Of a stretch of 64,000 nt of DNA, positions 41,504 through 50,477 are shown one piece after another. Source of the stretch: an uncultured Acidobacteriota bacterium (GTDB lineage: Bacteria > Acidobacteriota > Terriglobia > UBA7540); assembly GCA_963804995.1 (NCBI GenBank), contig CAWDSK010000005.1:672001-736000 (forward strand), read 5' to 3'. The notes below the pieces were generated by a model. The model had not been told where the DNA came from. It saw only the letters and a list, made by a program, of their open reading frames with translations, and searched no databases. The stretch's first letter is position 1. Each line of letters opens with the position of its first letter. The position numbers and the translations under genes are program-made.

Positions 41504-42697
41504 ATGCGCATCCTTCTGCTAAACGAATATTTCCCCCCGGACACGGCGGCGACTGCCCACATGGCAGCGGCCGTGGTGGATGCGCTGGCCGAACGTCATC
41601 AAGTAACCGTGCTCTGTGGGCGGCCCTCTTACGATCCGTCCGAGAGGCACCCGTTTTACCTCTTTCGGCGTGACCAGCGGGGCGCGGCAGTGGTGGAGCG
41701 CGTGGGCTCAACCACCTTCCCACGCTTTCGCATGCTGCATCGAGTTTGGAATTATCTCACCTACGTGGTTCTCTCGGTTCCACGCGCCCTGATGGTACGG
41801 ACAGACTTGATCATGGCCATGACCGATCCTCCCTTTGAAGGGATCGTCGGTGCCTTCGTGGCCTGGCTCAAACGCAAGCCGTTCGTCTACAACATTCGCG
41901 ACCTTTATCCGGAGATGGCGCTCGCGGGCAACATCGTTCGCCCCTCCTGGTGGGTGGGGACCTGGGAGCGGCTTCACCGCTGGGCGCTCCGGCGGGCGAG
42001 GCGCGTGATCGTGCTGGGAGAAGACACTCGCGAACGCATCATTGCCAAAGGCATCGATCCTGCGCGCGTGGTCGTGGTCCGGGATGGGGCGCCCGCCACG
42101 CCGCCGGTAACGGGTCAAGACCATCCTATCGTCCAGGAGATTCGTGACGGCTTTTCTTTTGTAGTTCTGCATGCCGGCAACCTGGGCTTTTACGGAGCTT
42201 GGGAAACGGTTATCGAGGCTGCCGAAATGCTCGATCACCAAGGTGTCGGGTTCGTGTTCGTGGGCGAGGGGGCTTTACGTGCCCAAGTGGAAGCTGCAGC
42301 CCATGGGGTCGAGGGGATCAGGTTTCAGCCCTTCCGCCCTGCCGATCAAATTCCTTACGTCTTGGCTGCTGGAGACTTGCACCTGGTGACGGTCAAACGC
42401 GGGCTGGAAGGTGTCGTGGTTCCCAGCAAGCTTTATGCAATCCTGGCGGCGGGCCGTCCGGTATTAGCCCTGGCTCCCGAGGAAACTGACGCAGCCCGGG
42501 TGGTGCGCCGGATGGGTTGCGGAGTGGTTGTCGACCCGGACGATCCCGCTGCCACCGCCCGAATTATCCACGAACTTGCGCACGACCGTGAGCGCGTGGC
42601 CCGCATGGGTGAACGCGCCCTTGCGGCGTCGAAGAACTTCGGGAGAGAAGAAGAACTTCAACTCTTCCGACGGGTTATTGAGGAGGTGCCATGCTAG
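41504..42697 (+). CDS. GT4 glycosyltransferase (WcaI/WbuB-like)
   Basis: NEYFPPD, TDPP, RDLYPE, HAGNLG, VPSKLY..LAAGRP. Confidence 0.9.
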   Translation: MRILLLNEYFPPDTAATAHMAAAVVDALAERHQVTVLCGRPSYDPSERHPFYLFRRDQRGAAVVERVGSTTFPRFRMLHRVWNYLTYVVLSVPRALMVRTDLIMAMTDPPFEGIVGAFVAWLKRKPFVYNIRDLYPEMALAGNIVRPSWWVGTWERLHRWALRRARRVIVLGEDTRERIIAKGIDPARVVVVRDGAPATPPVTGQDHPIVQEIRDGFSFVVLHAGNLGFYGAWETVIEAAEMLDHQGVGFVFVGEGALRAQVEAAAHGVEGIRFQPFRPADQIPYVLAAGDLHLVTVKRGLEGVVVPSKLYAILAAGRPVLALAPEETDAARVVRRMGCGVVVDPDDPAATARIIHELAHDRERVARMGERALAASKNFGREEELQLFRRVIEEVPC

Positions 42698-43758
42698 GCG
42701 GAGTGCTGACTTTCACCGTAGCCTTTGCAACCTCCTGGGGTTTGACACTTCCCATACGGCGGATGGCTCTCCACTGGGGGTTGGTTGACCACCCAAGCCC
42801 GCGCAAGATTCATCGCACCCCGATTCCGTTGTTCGGGGGAATTGCCATTTACTGCGGTACGGTCCTGGCCATCACTTTGTTTGTGGACAGCCGGGCGCGT
42901 GGCCAGATCTTTGGCATTCTTGCCGCTTCGACACTCTTGTTGATCGTGGGCATTCTCGATGACCGCAAGCTGCTGCACCATCAAATCAAGTTATTTGTCG
43001 CCATGCCCCTGGCAGCCTTGACGCTTGTGGCTTTGGGAGTCACAACGCACGTGGGATCGGCCCTTCTACCGGGGCCTGTTGGAGCGGCCCTTGACATAGC
43101 GCTTACACTGCTCTGGGTTGTTGGCATCACCGCCGCCTACAACATTTTCGATCACATGGACGGTCTCGCCAGCGGCATTGCTGCCATGGCCTCGCTGTTT
43201 TTCACGTTGCTGGCGATCCGGGAAGGTCAGGTTCTGGTAGCGACTTTGGGGGCTGCGGTTCTTGGCGCCTCGCTGGGGTTTCTGGGATGGAATTTTAACC
43301 CTGCCAAGATTTTCATGGGAGACGGCGGTGCCATGTTTCTGGGCTTCATGGTGGCAACCTTAGGGCTCAAGCTGCGCCTCGAAGACGTGCCGGAAGCCAC
43401 CAGTTGGATGATTCCGGTGCTGCTTTTGATTGTCCCCATTTTCGATACCACGCTGGTTGTGATTTCTCGATCCCGTCGCAGATTGATTCCCTTTGCTTCG
43501 CCCGGTAAGGACCACACTGCCCACCGTCTGGCGAATGTGGGCTTGGGACAGCGCGGCGCCGTCCTGGTGCTTTATGCCGTGGGAGCTGGTTCTGGTCTCG
43601 TGGCCTGGCTGGTTTGCCGTCTATCCGTGGCCGCTGCTTACGTTGTCGCAGGTGTGGTGACGTTAGCTGTTCTGGCCGCGCTTGTGGCACTTCGAGCGGT
43701 TTCCCTACGAGCCCCAAAGCAGGCCTGGGACCGCGACGTAGGGTTTGTTCGGTTGTAG
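42691..43758 (+). CDS. wecA: MraY/WecA family polyprenyl-phosphate GlcNAc-1-phosphate transferase
   Basis: DHPSPRKIH..P..GG, GILDD, NIFDHMDGL, NFNPAKIFMGDGG, DHTAHRL. Confidence 0.9.
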   Translation: MLGGVLTFTVAFATSWGLTLPIRRMALHWGLVDHPSPRKIHRTPIPLFGGIAIYCGTVLAITLFVDSRARGQIFGILAASTLLLIVGILDDRKLLHHQIKLFVAMPLAALTLVALGVTTHVGSALLPGPVGAALDIALTLLWVVGITAAYNIFDHMDGLASGIAAMASLFFTLLAIREGQVLVATLGAAVLGASLGFLGWNFNPAKIFMGDGGAMFLGFMVATLGLKLRLEDVPEATSWMIPVLLLIVPIFDTTLVVISRSRRRLIPFASPGKDHTAHRLANVGLGQRGAVLVLYAVGAGSGLVAWLVCRLSVAAAYVVAGVVTLAVLAALVALRAVSLRAPKQAWDRDVGFVRL

Positions 43759-43892
43759 CGATAGTCTCCCTAGCACCCCCAAGAGTGGGGTATACTGTGG
43801 CGGCTAAATTGCCCCCGGGATAGGAAATTGGATGGCAAATGATTTCGAACTTGGCCGCTCATCTGACGGCGGACATTTTTGCATGAGGATGC

Positions 43893-45071
43893 GTGGCTAG
43901 GCTCCAACGAACCCCTCACCAAATTGCGATTGTTGGCGGATCGGCTGCTGGCCTTTTTACCGCCTATTTGCTGGCCCGCGCCGGACGCGAGGTGCAGGTC
44001 TTTGAGGGCCAGGACCAGCTCGATTCGGCCTCGCGCACTCTGATTGTTACCGATCGAATGCGCGAGACCCTGGGTGGGCTGGGCGAAAAGGCAGTCGTCA
44101 ACGAGATCCGGCAATTTGAGTTATTCACGGACGGACGAGCGGCCCAAATCGCGCTCCGCCGCCCTGATCTTGTTATTGAGCGCAGCACGCTTATCAATGA
44201 ACTGGCCGGCGCGGCCCAAGGGGCGGGAGCCCGCGTTTTGTTCGGCCGAAAACTCCTCTCTCTCCACGGACAAGACCACAGTTTGACGCTGCGCATGGGC
44301 CGCAGCCAGGGTGGCGGCACGGAGGAGGCGCAGTTCCGCATCGTGGTGGGCGCAGACGGAGCTGGCAGCCGAGTGGCTCAGGCAGCGGGCTGGCGCAAAC
44401 AGCGTACAGTCCCGTTGGTACAGACGGTTGTTGACTTACCCCCCGGAATGCCCCCCAGCACAGTTCGGGTTTGGTTTGTTCCCGATGACACGCCTTATTT
44501 CTACTGGCTCATTCCCCACTCACCCACGCAGGCCGTAGTAGGTCTCATCGGTGAACACGCGTCGGAGACAAGGTTGGCGCTGGAACGCTTCATGGAGAAG
44601 CACCACCTCAATCCCCTGGAATACCAGGGGGCCAGGATCCCCGTCTATACCGGTTGGATTCCGGTTCGCCGTCAGTTGACGGGTGGCGACGTTTACCTGG
44701 TTGGGGATGCTGCCGGCCACGTCAAGGTCACGACGGTGGGTGGAATTGTCACCGGCTTCCGCGGAGCTATCGGAGTTTCGGAGGCCATTCTGAACGGCGG
44801 GTCCAGCCGCAAGCTCGGTGCCCTGCGACGCGAGCTGAATACCCACCTGCTGATCCGCAAGCTGATTCACGGTTTCAATCAGGCTGATTACTCGCGTTTA
44901 GTAGATCTCTTGAATGCCCGCACTCGCAAGGATTTGGCCTCTCACACGCGTGATGAGCCCGGCGGCGTGCTACTGCGCCTCTGCCTCCACCAGCCGCGCT
45001 TGTTACTGCTGGGTCTGCGTGCCTTGATCAGTGGCGCCAGCTTCCCCGGCCCGTCCCCCACGGGCGTGTAA
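43893..45071 (+). CDS. FAD-dependent oxidoreductase, geranylgeranyl-reductase-like
   Basis: IVGGSAAG, VGADG, FYWLIP, LVGDAAGHVKVTTVGGI. Confidence 0.8.
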   Translation: MARLQRTPHQIAIVGGSAAGLFTAYLLARAGREVQVFEGQDQLDSASRTLIVTDRMRETLGGLGEKAVVNEIRQFELFTDGRAAQIALRRPDLVIERSTLINELAGAAQGAGARVLFGRKLLSLHGQDHSLTLRMGRSQGGGTEEAQFRIVVGADGAGSRVAQAAGWRKQRTVPLVQTVVDLPPGMPPSTVRVWFVPDDTPYFYWLIPHSPTQAVVGLIGEHASETRLALERFMEKHHLNPLEYQGARIPVYTGWIPVRRQLTGGDVYLVGDAAGHVKVTTVGGIVTGFRGAIGVSEAILNGGSSRKLGALRRELNTHLLIRKLIHGFNQADYSRLVDLLNARTRKDLASHTRDEPGGVLLRLCLHQPRLLLLGLRALISGASFPGPSPTGV

Positions 45072-45462
45072 CCCTGCCACGTTTTTTCCCATTCGCTGCC
45101 AATCAGACCACCAGGTACTTTCAGACCGGTAACTGCGGAAGTACTGTACAACCATCGTGTAGCTATGCTATATCGTGAAATGAATATCAGGGCACTTTGG
45201 GAAGTTTAGAGTCCGCAAAAAAGGTCTGTTGGAAAACTGAACATGCTGCCAGGTACACGCACTCTATTCCTGGGGGCATAGCGTCCGGCGAACCCTGAGT
45301 GGAGGAACTTGCCACGTGCGTTCACTGGGCAGCGGAGCCGTGCCGTCATTCTCTATTTCCGGCATTGGATTTCAAATTTTGGATTGAAACAGGAGGGGCT
45401 CAGTATTGATCGCGCCATTGGTTCCGCCGGAGCACTTGCGCTACGGCGCGGGCTCCACCTGA

Positions 45463-46365
45463 ATGCGGAAGATTGACCGCCTCGTGTGGGCGGAGGGACT
45501 GTGCTTCGAATCCTACGGCGTGAAGATCGGGATTCGTTCGAGCCAACCTGGCGTAATGGACCGGCTCCGACCGTTTCTGCCGCCACGCTGGGAAGCGATC
45601 GAACCGCCGCGCCGTCTCGATGCGCTCTACTCCTGGGTGGTAGGCGGTGAGCGCAAGCCCAAGGTGCGAACTTTCGACGTGATGTACGCGGGCGTGGGCC
45701 GGATCGCGCGGACGCTCAAGCCCGAGGAACTGTTCGAGACGTTTGAAGCGAACTTGCGGTTGACGGTCGCCCTGCTTTCGCGGCGCTTCGTGTTCATCCA
45801 TGCGGGTGCGGTCGGCTGGCGTGGGCGCGCCATCCTGATACCCGGGCGCAGCTTCACCGGCAAGTCGACCCTGGTCGAGGCGTTGGTGCGTGGGGGCGCT
45901 GAATACTTTTCGGACGAATATGCGATGTTGGATAGAAGCGGGCGTGTGCATCCCTTTCCCAAGCCGATTTCGGTCCGGATGCCGGTAACGCTCCGGCAGG
46001 AACCTCGCACCCTGGAAGAGGTCGGCGGCCGGGCTGCCGAATGCGCCATGAAGGTCGGCGCCATACTCGTCACCCGTCACCGTAAGGGTGCACGGTCGCG
46101 CTTTCGCAGGGCCTCACCCGCCCAAGGTGCCCTTGATCTTGTTGCGAACGCGGTGGCGGCACGCTGGGCTCCGGCGCGCGTGCTGCGTGCCACCTGCAAG
46201 GCGAGCGCAGACGCTATGGTGCTCCGCGGCCCGCGCGGCGAAGCGGAAGAAGCAGTGGAACGGTTGTTCGCGATTCTGGACTGGCGAGAAGCAGTACACA
46301 TCAAATCCCCCTCAGGATGTGTTTATGACCTCACAGAAAAATATGCCTGGGCGGCCCAAGGCTAG
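45463..46365 (+). CDS. HPr-kinase-related P-loop kinase (RiPP-associated type)
   Basis: FIHAGAV, GRSFTGKST, FSDE, PFPKP. Confidence 0.8.
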   Translation: MRKIDRLVWAEGLCFESYGVKIGIRSSQPGVMDRLRPFLPPRWEAIEPPRRLDALYSWVVGGERKPKVRTFDVMYAGVGRIARTLKPEELFETFEANLRLTVALLSRRFVFIHAGAVGWRGRAILIPGRSFTGKSTLVEALVRGGAEYFSDEYAMLDRSGRVHPFPKPISVRMPVTLRQEPRTLEEVGGRAAECAMKVGAILVTRHRKGARSRFRRASPAQGALDLVANAVAARWAPARVLRATCKASADAMVLRGPRGEAEEAVERLFAILDWREAVHIKSPSGCVYDLTEKYAWAAQG

Positions 46366-46858
46366 GACCAAGGGCCTGATCGTCGAAGAAGCTGGGAGTG
46401 AGCTGTTGGTTTATGATCGTAACAATGATCACGTCCATTCTCTGAACGGTCCTGCCGCCCGCATCTGGAGGCTCTGCACCGGCAGACGCACGGTGGAACA
46501 GATTGCCTCGGAGCTCGATATCCCTCTCGACCCCGCCGAGCGGAAGCTGGTGGTCCGCGACGCCATTACAAAATTCGAACGTCTGGGTTTGGTTGATGCC
46601 GCCGAGGGCGCGCCTGCCAATCCGTCGCGTCGGATGTGGGCTCGACGAATCAGCATTGGCGTGGCGGCGGGGGTGGCCCTGCCGCTAGTGACTTCCATCA
46701 TTGCGCCCACCTCTGCGTACGCGGCTAGCAAGCTAGGGACTGGCGCCACATGTTCTACGAGCACGCAATGCGCGTCGGGGTGCTGCTGCTCGAACAACAG
46801 TACTGGTCATCACTTCCAATGTGAGACGTCAGCGGTCTGCGGTGGTTCCTGTGAATAG
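46325..46858 (+). CDS. PqqD/RRE domain fused to a Tat-like signal segment and a Cys-rich tail (candidate self-contained precursor)
   Basis: ELLVYD..HSLNGPAARIWRLCTGRRTVEQIA (RRE); SRR..GVAAGVALPLVTSIIAPTSAYAAS; tail with 8 Cys. Confidence 0.8.
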   Translation: MTSQKNMPGRPKARTKGLIVEEAGSELLVYDRNNDHVHSLNGPAARIWRLCTGRRTVEQIASELDIPLDPAERKLVVRDAITKFERLGLVDAAEGAPANPSRRMWARRISIGVAAGVALPLVTSIIAPTSAYAASKLGTGATCSTSTQCASGCCCSNNSTGHHFQCETSAVCGGSCE

Positions 46859-46935
46859 GGATAGCTAGAGTTGGTATTTTTCCCATCCGCACTCGACGGC
46901 CTCTTGCCCTCTTGGTTCGGTCGCGCGATAAAAAT

Positions 46936-46965
46936 GCAAAGGGTACGGCAAGCCGTACCCCTACG
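46936..46965. repeat. REP-like palindrome (GTAGGGG family, reverse orientation); possible terminator between convergent genes
   Basis: aagggtacggc-aa-gccgtacccctac. Confidence 0.6.
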
Positions 46966-47007
46966 ACTAGGGTGGCAGCGCCGATTCGGCAGATCAAAGC
47001 AGTGGAC

Positions 47008-48189
47008 TTATCCGTCTTGATCCGCGTTGATCTGCGGCCCGAACTGATTTTCGCTTGACCCTCGCCGCCTAGTCAGTTTTTCCCAGCCCGCTTGCAGCGA
47101 CCACCGCATCACGCTCCAAGCGATCCGCAACGGCCGCAGCGGGTAATAGAGGAAGAAGAGGAAACGCGGCAGGTGGATGAATCCCCAGTCCGCCAGCGTA
47201 GGCACAAACAGGCGGATAGCGGCAAAGCGCAGCCTTTCGGAAAGCGTCGGGAGCAATCGCGCCGAGAAGGCGATTTCGCTCGGTACCTGGAGAGACGCGA
47301 ACCCCTCGAGCGTCCGCGGGATTCGAGGCGCAAAGCCCGGGGGAGCGGGCGTGCCAAGTTGAGCGCTACAGGCGCCCAAGCTCAACTCGACGGCGTCGAC
47401 CCATCCCAAAGCCTGGGCCTTCTGCTTGACGATTTCCCAGTCGATTCCCCCTCGCGAGCAGAGCGCGTCCAAGTCCACTTGCCACTTCAGTTCGATCCAG
47501 CCGTGCCGGGCGGCGTGTACAGCCAGGTAAAGGAATTCCCACTCGGGGCTGAGCGCTAAGGTGGGACATCCGAAGAAGTTTACGGGGCGAGCCTCTCGCC
47601 AGACCTCACCGATCAGTTTCTCTTCGAGTCGTCCTCCCCAGACGAGGCCCCAGTGCAGTTCCAGCATAGCCTGACTTTCCTTGCCCATCAGGGTCCAGTC
47701 CTTGCCGTAGCGGAGCGTGAGGTCTTTGAAGAGGGGTGGACTCGAGTCGGGCCGGTATCCCGAAGCCCTCACGATCTCAAGGGCCTCGCGAGCGCGCTCC
47801 GGCTGAACCAGGATATCGAGGTCGCCCGTGAGGCGGAGAGAGACGTCGCCATAGAGCTCCTCGGCCAACGCGACGCCCTTGAGCGGGATTGCCGAAATTC
47901 CAGCCTTGCCCAGCAAGCGCAGCAGTCGGGCCAGCTCCTGGGCCAGCCGCAGGCTGCGGTTTCGATTGGCGTGCGAATCCCTCTGGAGCTTCAGGCGAAT
48001 CGGGTCAGGGACGCCCGGGAAACCCAAGAGATGGTGAGTGACCAGAGGCGACACCCGGTGAGCCTGCACGCGCTCGAGAAACTGGCCCCACCCGAGCGGC
48101 CCCGCCAGGATGTCGCGGGCGCGCCGCTCATCTTCCGGTGAGGGCCGCACCCGCGCCAACAGCAGGCACAACTGATCTTCCCGCGTCAT
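47008..48189 (-). CDS. Nucleotidyltransferase family protein (NTP_transf_5-like)
   Basis: PLKGVALA..LYGD..R..GDLDILV, LELHW, YLAVHAARHGW..LKWQVDL. Confidence 0.85.
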   Translation of the reverse strand: MTREDQLCLLLARVRPSPEDERRARDILAGPLGWGQFLERVQAHRVSPLVTHHLLGFPGVPDPIRLKLQRDSHANRNRSLRLAQELARLLRLLGKAGISAIPLKGVALAEELYGDVSLRLTGDLDILVQPERAREALEIVRASGYRPDSSPPLFKDLTLRYGKDWTLMGKESQAMLELHWGLVWGGRLEEKLIGEVWREARPVNFFGCPTLALSPEWEFLYLAVHAARHGWIELKWQVDLDALCSRGGIDWEIVKQKAQALGWVDAVELSLGACSAQLGTPAPPGFAPRIPRTLEGFASLQVPSEIAFSARLLPTLSERLRFAAIRLFVPTLADWGFIHLPRFLFFLYYPLRPLRIAWSVMRWSLQAGWEKLTRRRGSSENQFGPQINADQDG

Positions 48190-48207
48190 TCTGCCTCAGC
48201 AGTCGCT

Positions 48208-48320
48208 AGTAAGGGCACGCCATCCCGATCAAAACCATCGGGACAGGTGGCGTGCCCCTAAATCCCAGCCTTCTCCCAGGGGAGAAGGTGGCCGACGTAG
48301 GAGGACGGATGAGGGGTTAC
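48208..48320. repeat. Cluster of REP-like palindromes
   Basis: gtaagggcacgcc..atcccgat..atcgggac..ggcgtgccccta, followed by ccttctccc-a-ggggagaagg..gatgagggg. Confidence 0.6.
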
Positions 48321-48545
48321 TTACACGCGCGGGGCGTCGGAACAATTTTCAACTTATAAATTCAAAATCCCTAAGCCCGCCTCTACGTCAAATTGATCCA
48401 CCTAGTCACCCGCGAATAATAACGGATATTGAGCACCACCGTTCCGCGGCGCAACGGTTTATTATTGTCCTCCATAATGCGTGAGAATGAACCCGCAATT
48501 CTCACGAAATCTGGAAGGTCGATAAAAAAATCGCAGGGCCGACCT

Positions 48546-48672
48546 CTAGCAGGCTGATGAAAAACGATGTAGCGGCGGGTTTACCCCGCCATCCCTGTTG
48601 AAATCGTTGGAGATATGGCGGGGTAAACCCGCCGCTACGTCGCACTGCGAGGGTTTTTCAGCAGCCCGCTAG
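48546..48672. mobile_element. MITE-like element 1 with terminal inverted repeats and an internal 24-bp perfect hairpin
   Basis: ctagcaggctgatgaaaaac ... gtttttcagcagcccgctag (18/20); arms 48569..48592 and 48615..48638 are perfect reverse complements. Confidence 0.75.
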
Positions 48673-48879
48673 TGTGGTGTCCCGAGTTAGAGTTGACAAG
48701 GGGTAGAACCCCCTCACCCGTCTGGCATCGGCTGATGAGAACGCCTCGGCCAGCCACCCTCTCCCCCAAAGGGGCGAGGGCAAGAGAATTAACTCTCCCC
48801 TCGCCCCTTTGGGGGAGAGGGGCTGGGGGGTGAGGGGGTCCGACAGCCTTGTCAAATATTAACCGGGACACCACACTAG
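48669..48879. mobile_element. MITE-like element 2 enclosing REP repeats
   Basis: ctagtgtggtgtcccgagttagagttgacaagg ... ccttgtcaaatattaaccgggacaccacactag; shares a CTAG with element 1. Confidence 0.75.
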
Positions 48880-49063
48880 AGCTTGCGCTTGACAAACTCC
48901 CCCTAAGCGCTACAAGCTGCGATCAACATGTCAGAGGGCGTTCGGGCGAAGGCCGTGGGTACTCGATTGTGGAAGCGGGCATTTTGTCCCGTGGAGCGAT
49001 AAGAGGGTTCGCTCGTACTGCTGCAACAATGGAGTTTTTGACGCTTTTGGGGTATGTAAATGT

Positions 49064-49964
49064 GTGGTAATCCGCAGAATCCAAGCTGAGACTTGTCAAA
49101 TTGGATATGATCCCGAGGCTAAACTGAAGGAAAAGGCGCCGCTACTCGTACGGGCTTTCATTTTGCAGGACCGCCTGATGTCCGTGATGGTGCGCGCTTC
49201 CGCCATTATCAGAGATGAGATGCTCTGGGCCTGGACGTTGCCGGAAAGCCGTGAGCGGGCCAACCGAGCGATTTTCGGCCACGCGAGAACCTACTACCCC
49301 GGAGGCTCCACATTCGAAAGGGGCCTCTTCGACTGGGAGCGGGCCGCCATAACCTCTCCCCCTTTTCCACCTTCCGGCCGCATTCTTCTGGGTGGGGCGG
49401 GTGCCGGCCGCGAGCTGGCTGGACTCTGCAAGATGGGATACAAGGTTCTGGCCTTTGAGCCCTCAGCCGCGCTAGCCGAGGCGGCAGTCGCAGTGGCTGC
49501 TCCCTACCCGGAGAGCAAAGTCATCTGCGCCTCCTACCGGGATTCTTGTCCTGGCCGTGGAGAAGGGATCAGGCCCGCTTGTACCCCATGTTTGCCACGG
49601 GGAGTTCGACGGAGTCATTCTGGGCTGGACCAGCATTTGCTACGTGTGGAGACCTGAACGCGAGGCCCTGCTGAAGGCTCTGCGCACCATCGCCCCCCGC
49701 GCCCCGGTCCTGCTCAGCTACTGGTTGACTAGCGATCAATCGGAAGGCAGGCTCGGCAAGGTTCGGGGCTGGATCCGTCGCCTGCTACGCATTACAGGCG
49801 CCCGGACTTTGGCCGAACCCGGCGACGCGTTCTTCCCTTGGACGGGTTTTCTCCAGAGGTTGACGCCGGAGGAACTTCAATCGCTGGCGGATCGGACCGG
49901 TTATCAACCAGCTTACATGAGGAGTCAGCCTGAGCCCCACGCGATCTTTATCCCCTGCCCGTAA
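49064..49964 (+). CDS. Class I SAM methyltransferase-like protein; frameshift near 49540
   Basis: GLFDWE, RILLGGAGAGRE, AFEPS, then FDGVILGW in ORF 49557..49964. Confidence 0.7.
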
Positions 49965-50022
49965 CCCCGAGATGCGTCATGACAGATTGTGGACTTCATC
50001 TTGCTTGGCGTATTTCTGGCTA

Positions 50023-50202
50023 GTGGCACGGGCAACCTGCCCCGATGCATCGGGGTCTTGCCCGTGAGGAGACATGGCCAGGATGGCCATGCCACAGGAC
50101 GTGGCACGGGCAACCTGCCCCGATGCATCGGGGTTCTGCCCGTAAGGAGACATGGCCAGGATGGCCATGCCACAGGACGTGGCACGGGCATCTTGCCCGT
50201 GA
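50023..50202. repeat. Tandem 78-bp REP/BIME-like repeat (about 2.3 copies)
   Basis: Units start at 50023, 50101 and 50179: gtggcacgggca..ccccgatgcatcgggg..tgcccgt..catggccaggatggccatgccac. Confidence 0.9.
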
Positions 50203-50278
50203 CGGGGCGCCGGGGCGCCCGCAAGAAGCCTGGCGGTGCAAACTTCGGCCGTTTGAAACATTAAAATTGGAATCTTGG

Positions 50279-50308
50279 TTGACACCGCTCAGGGGAAGGG
50301 CTTAGCCT
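50279..50308 (+). promoter_or_regulatory. Candidate sigma70 promoter of the rSAM operon
   Basis: TTGACA-N18-TAGCCT, about 170 bp upstream of 50478, preceded by an AT-rich tract. Confidence 0.4.
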
Positions 50309-50477
50309 GCTGATAGCTTTTTCGTTTGAAATAAGGATTTCGGTGGCGCCGGAGGTCATGTTACCGTAGGTGGGGCCCGAGTCGGCTGTCCACGGCATAG
50401 TGACAGAGTACTATTTGGAGCTTGGCACGAGGATGCGGAACCTGTCCGCAGTCGAGTTGGGAATAGGGGATTTCTGA

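Noticed and set aside
50023..50202. CRISPR array
   Set aside because: Whole 78-bp units are repeated with no unique spacers, the repeats are REP-type palindromes, and no cas genes are present.
50310..50477. Riboswitch in the leader of the rSAM operon
   Set aside because: I could not recognise SAM, cobalamin or c-di-GMP consensus elements by eye; an Rfam scan would be needed.
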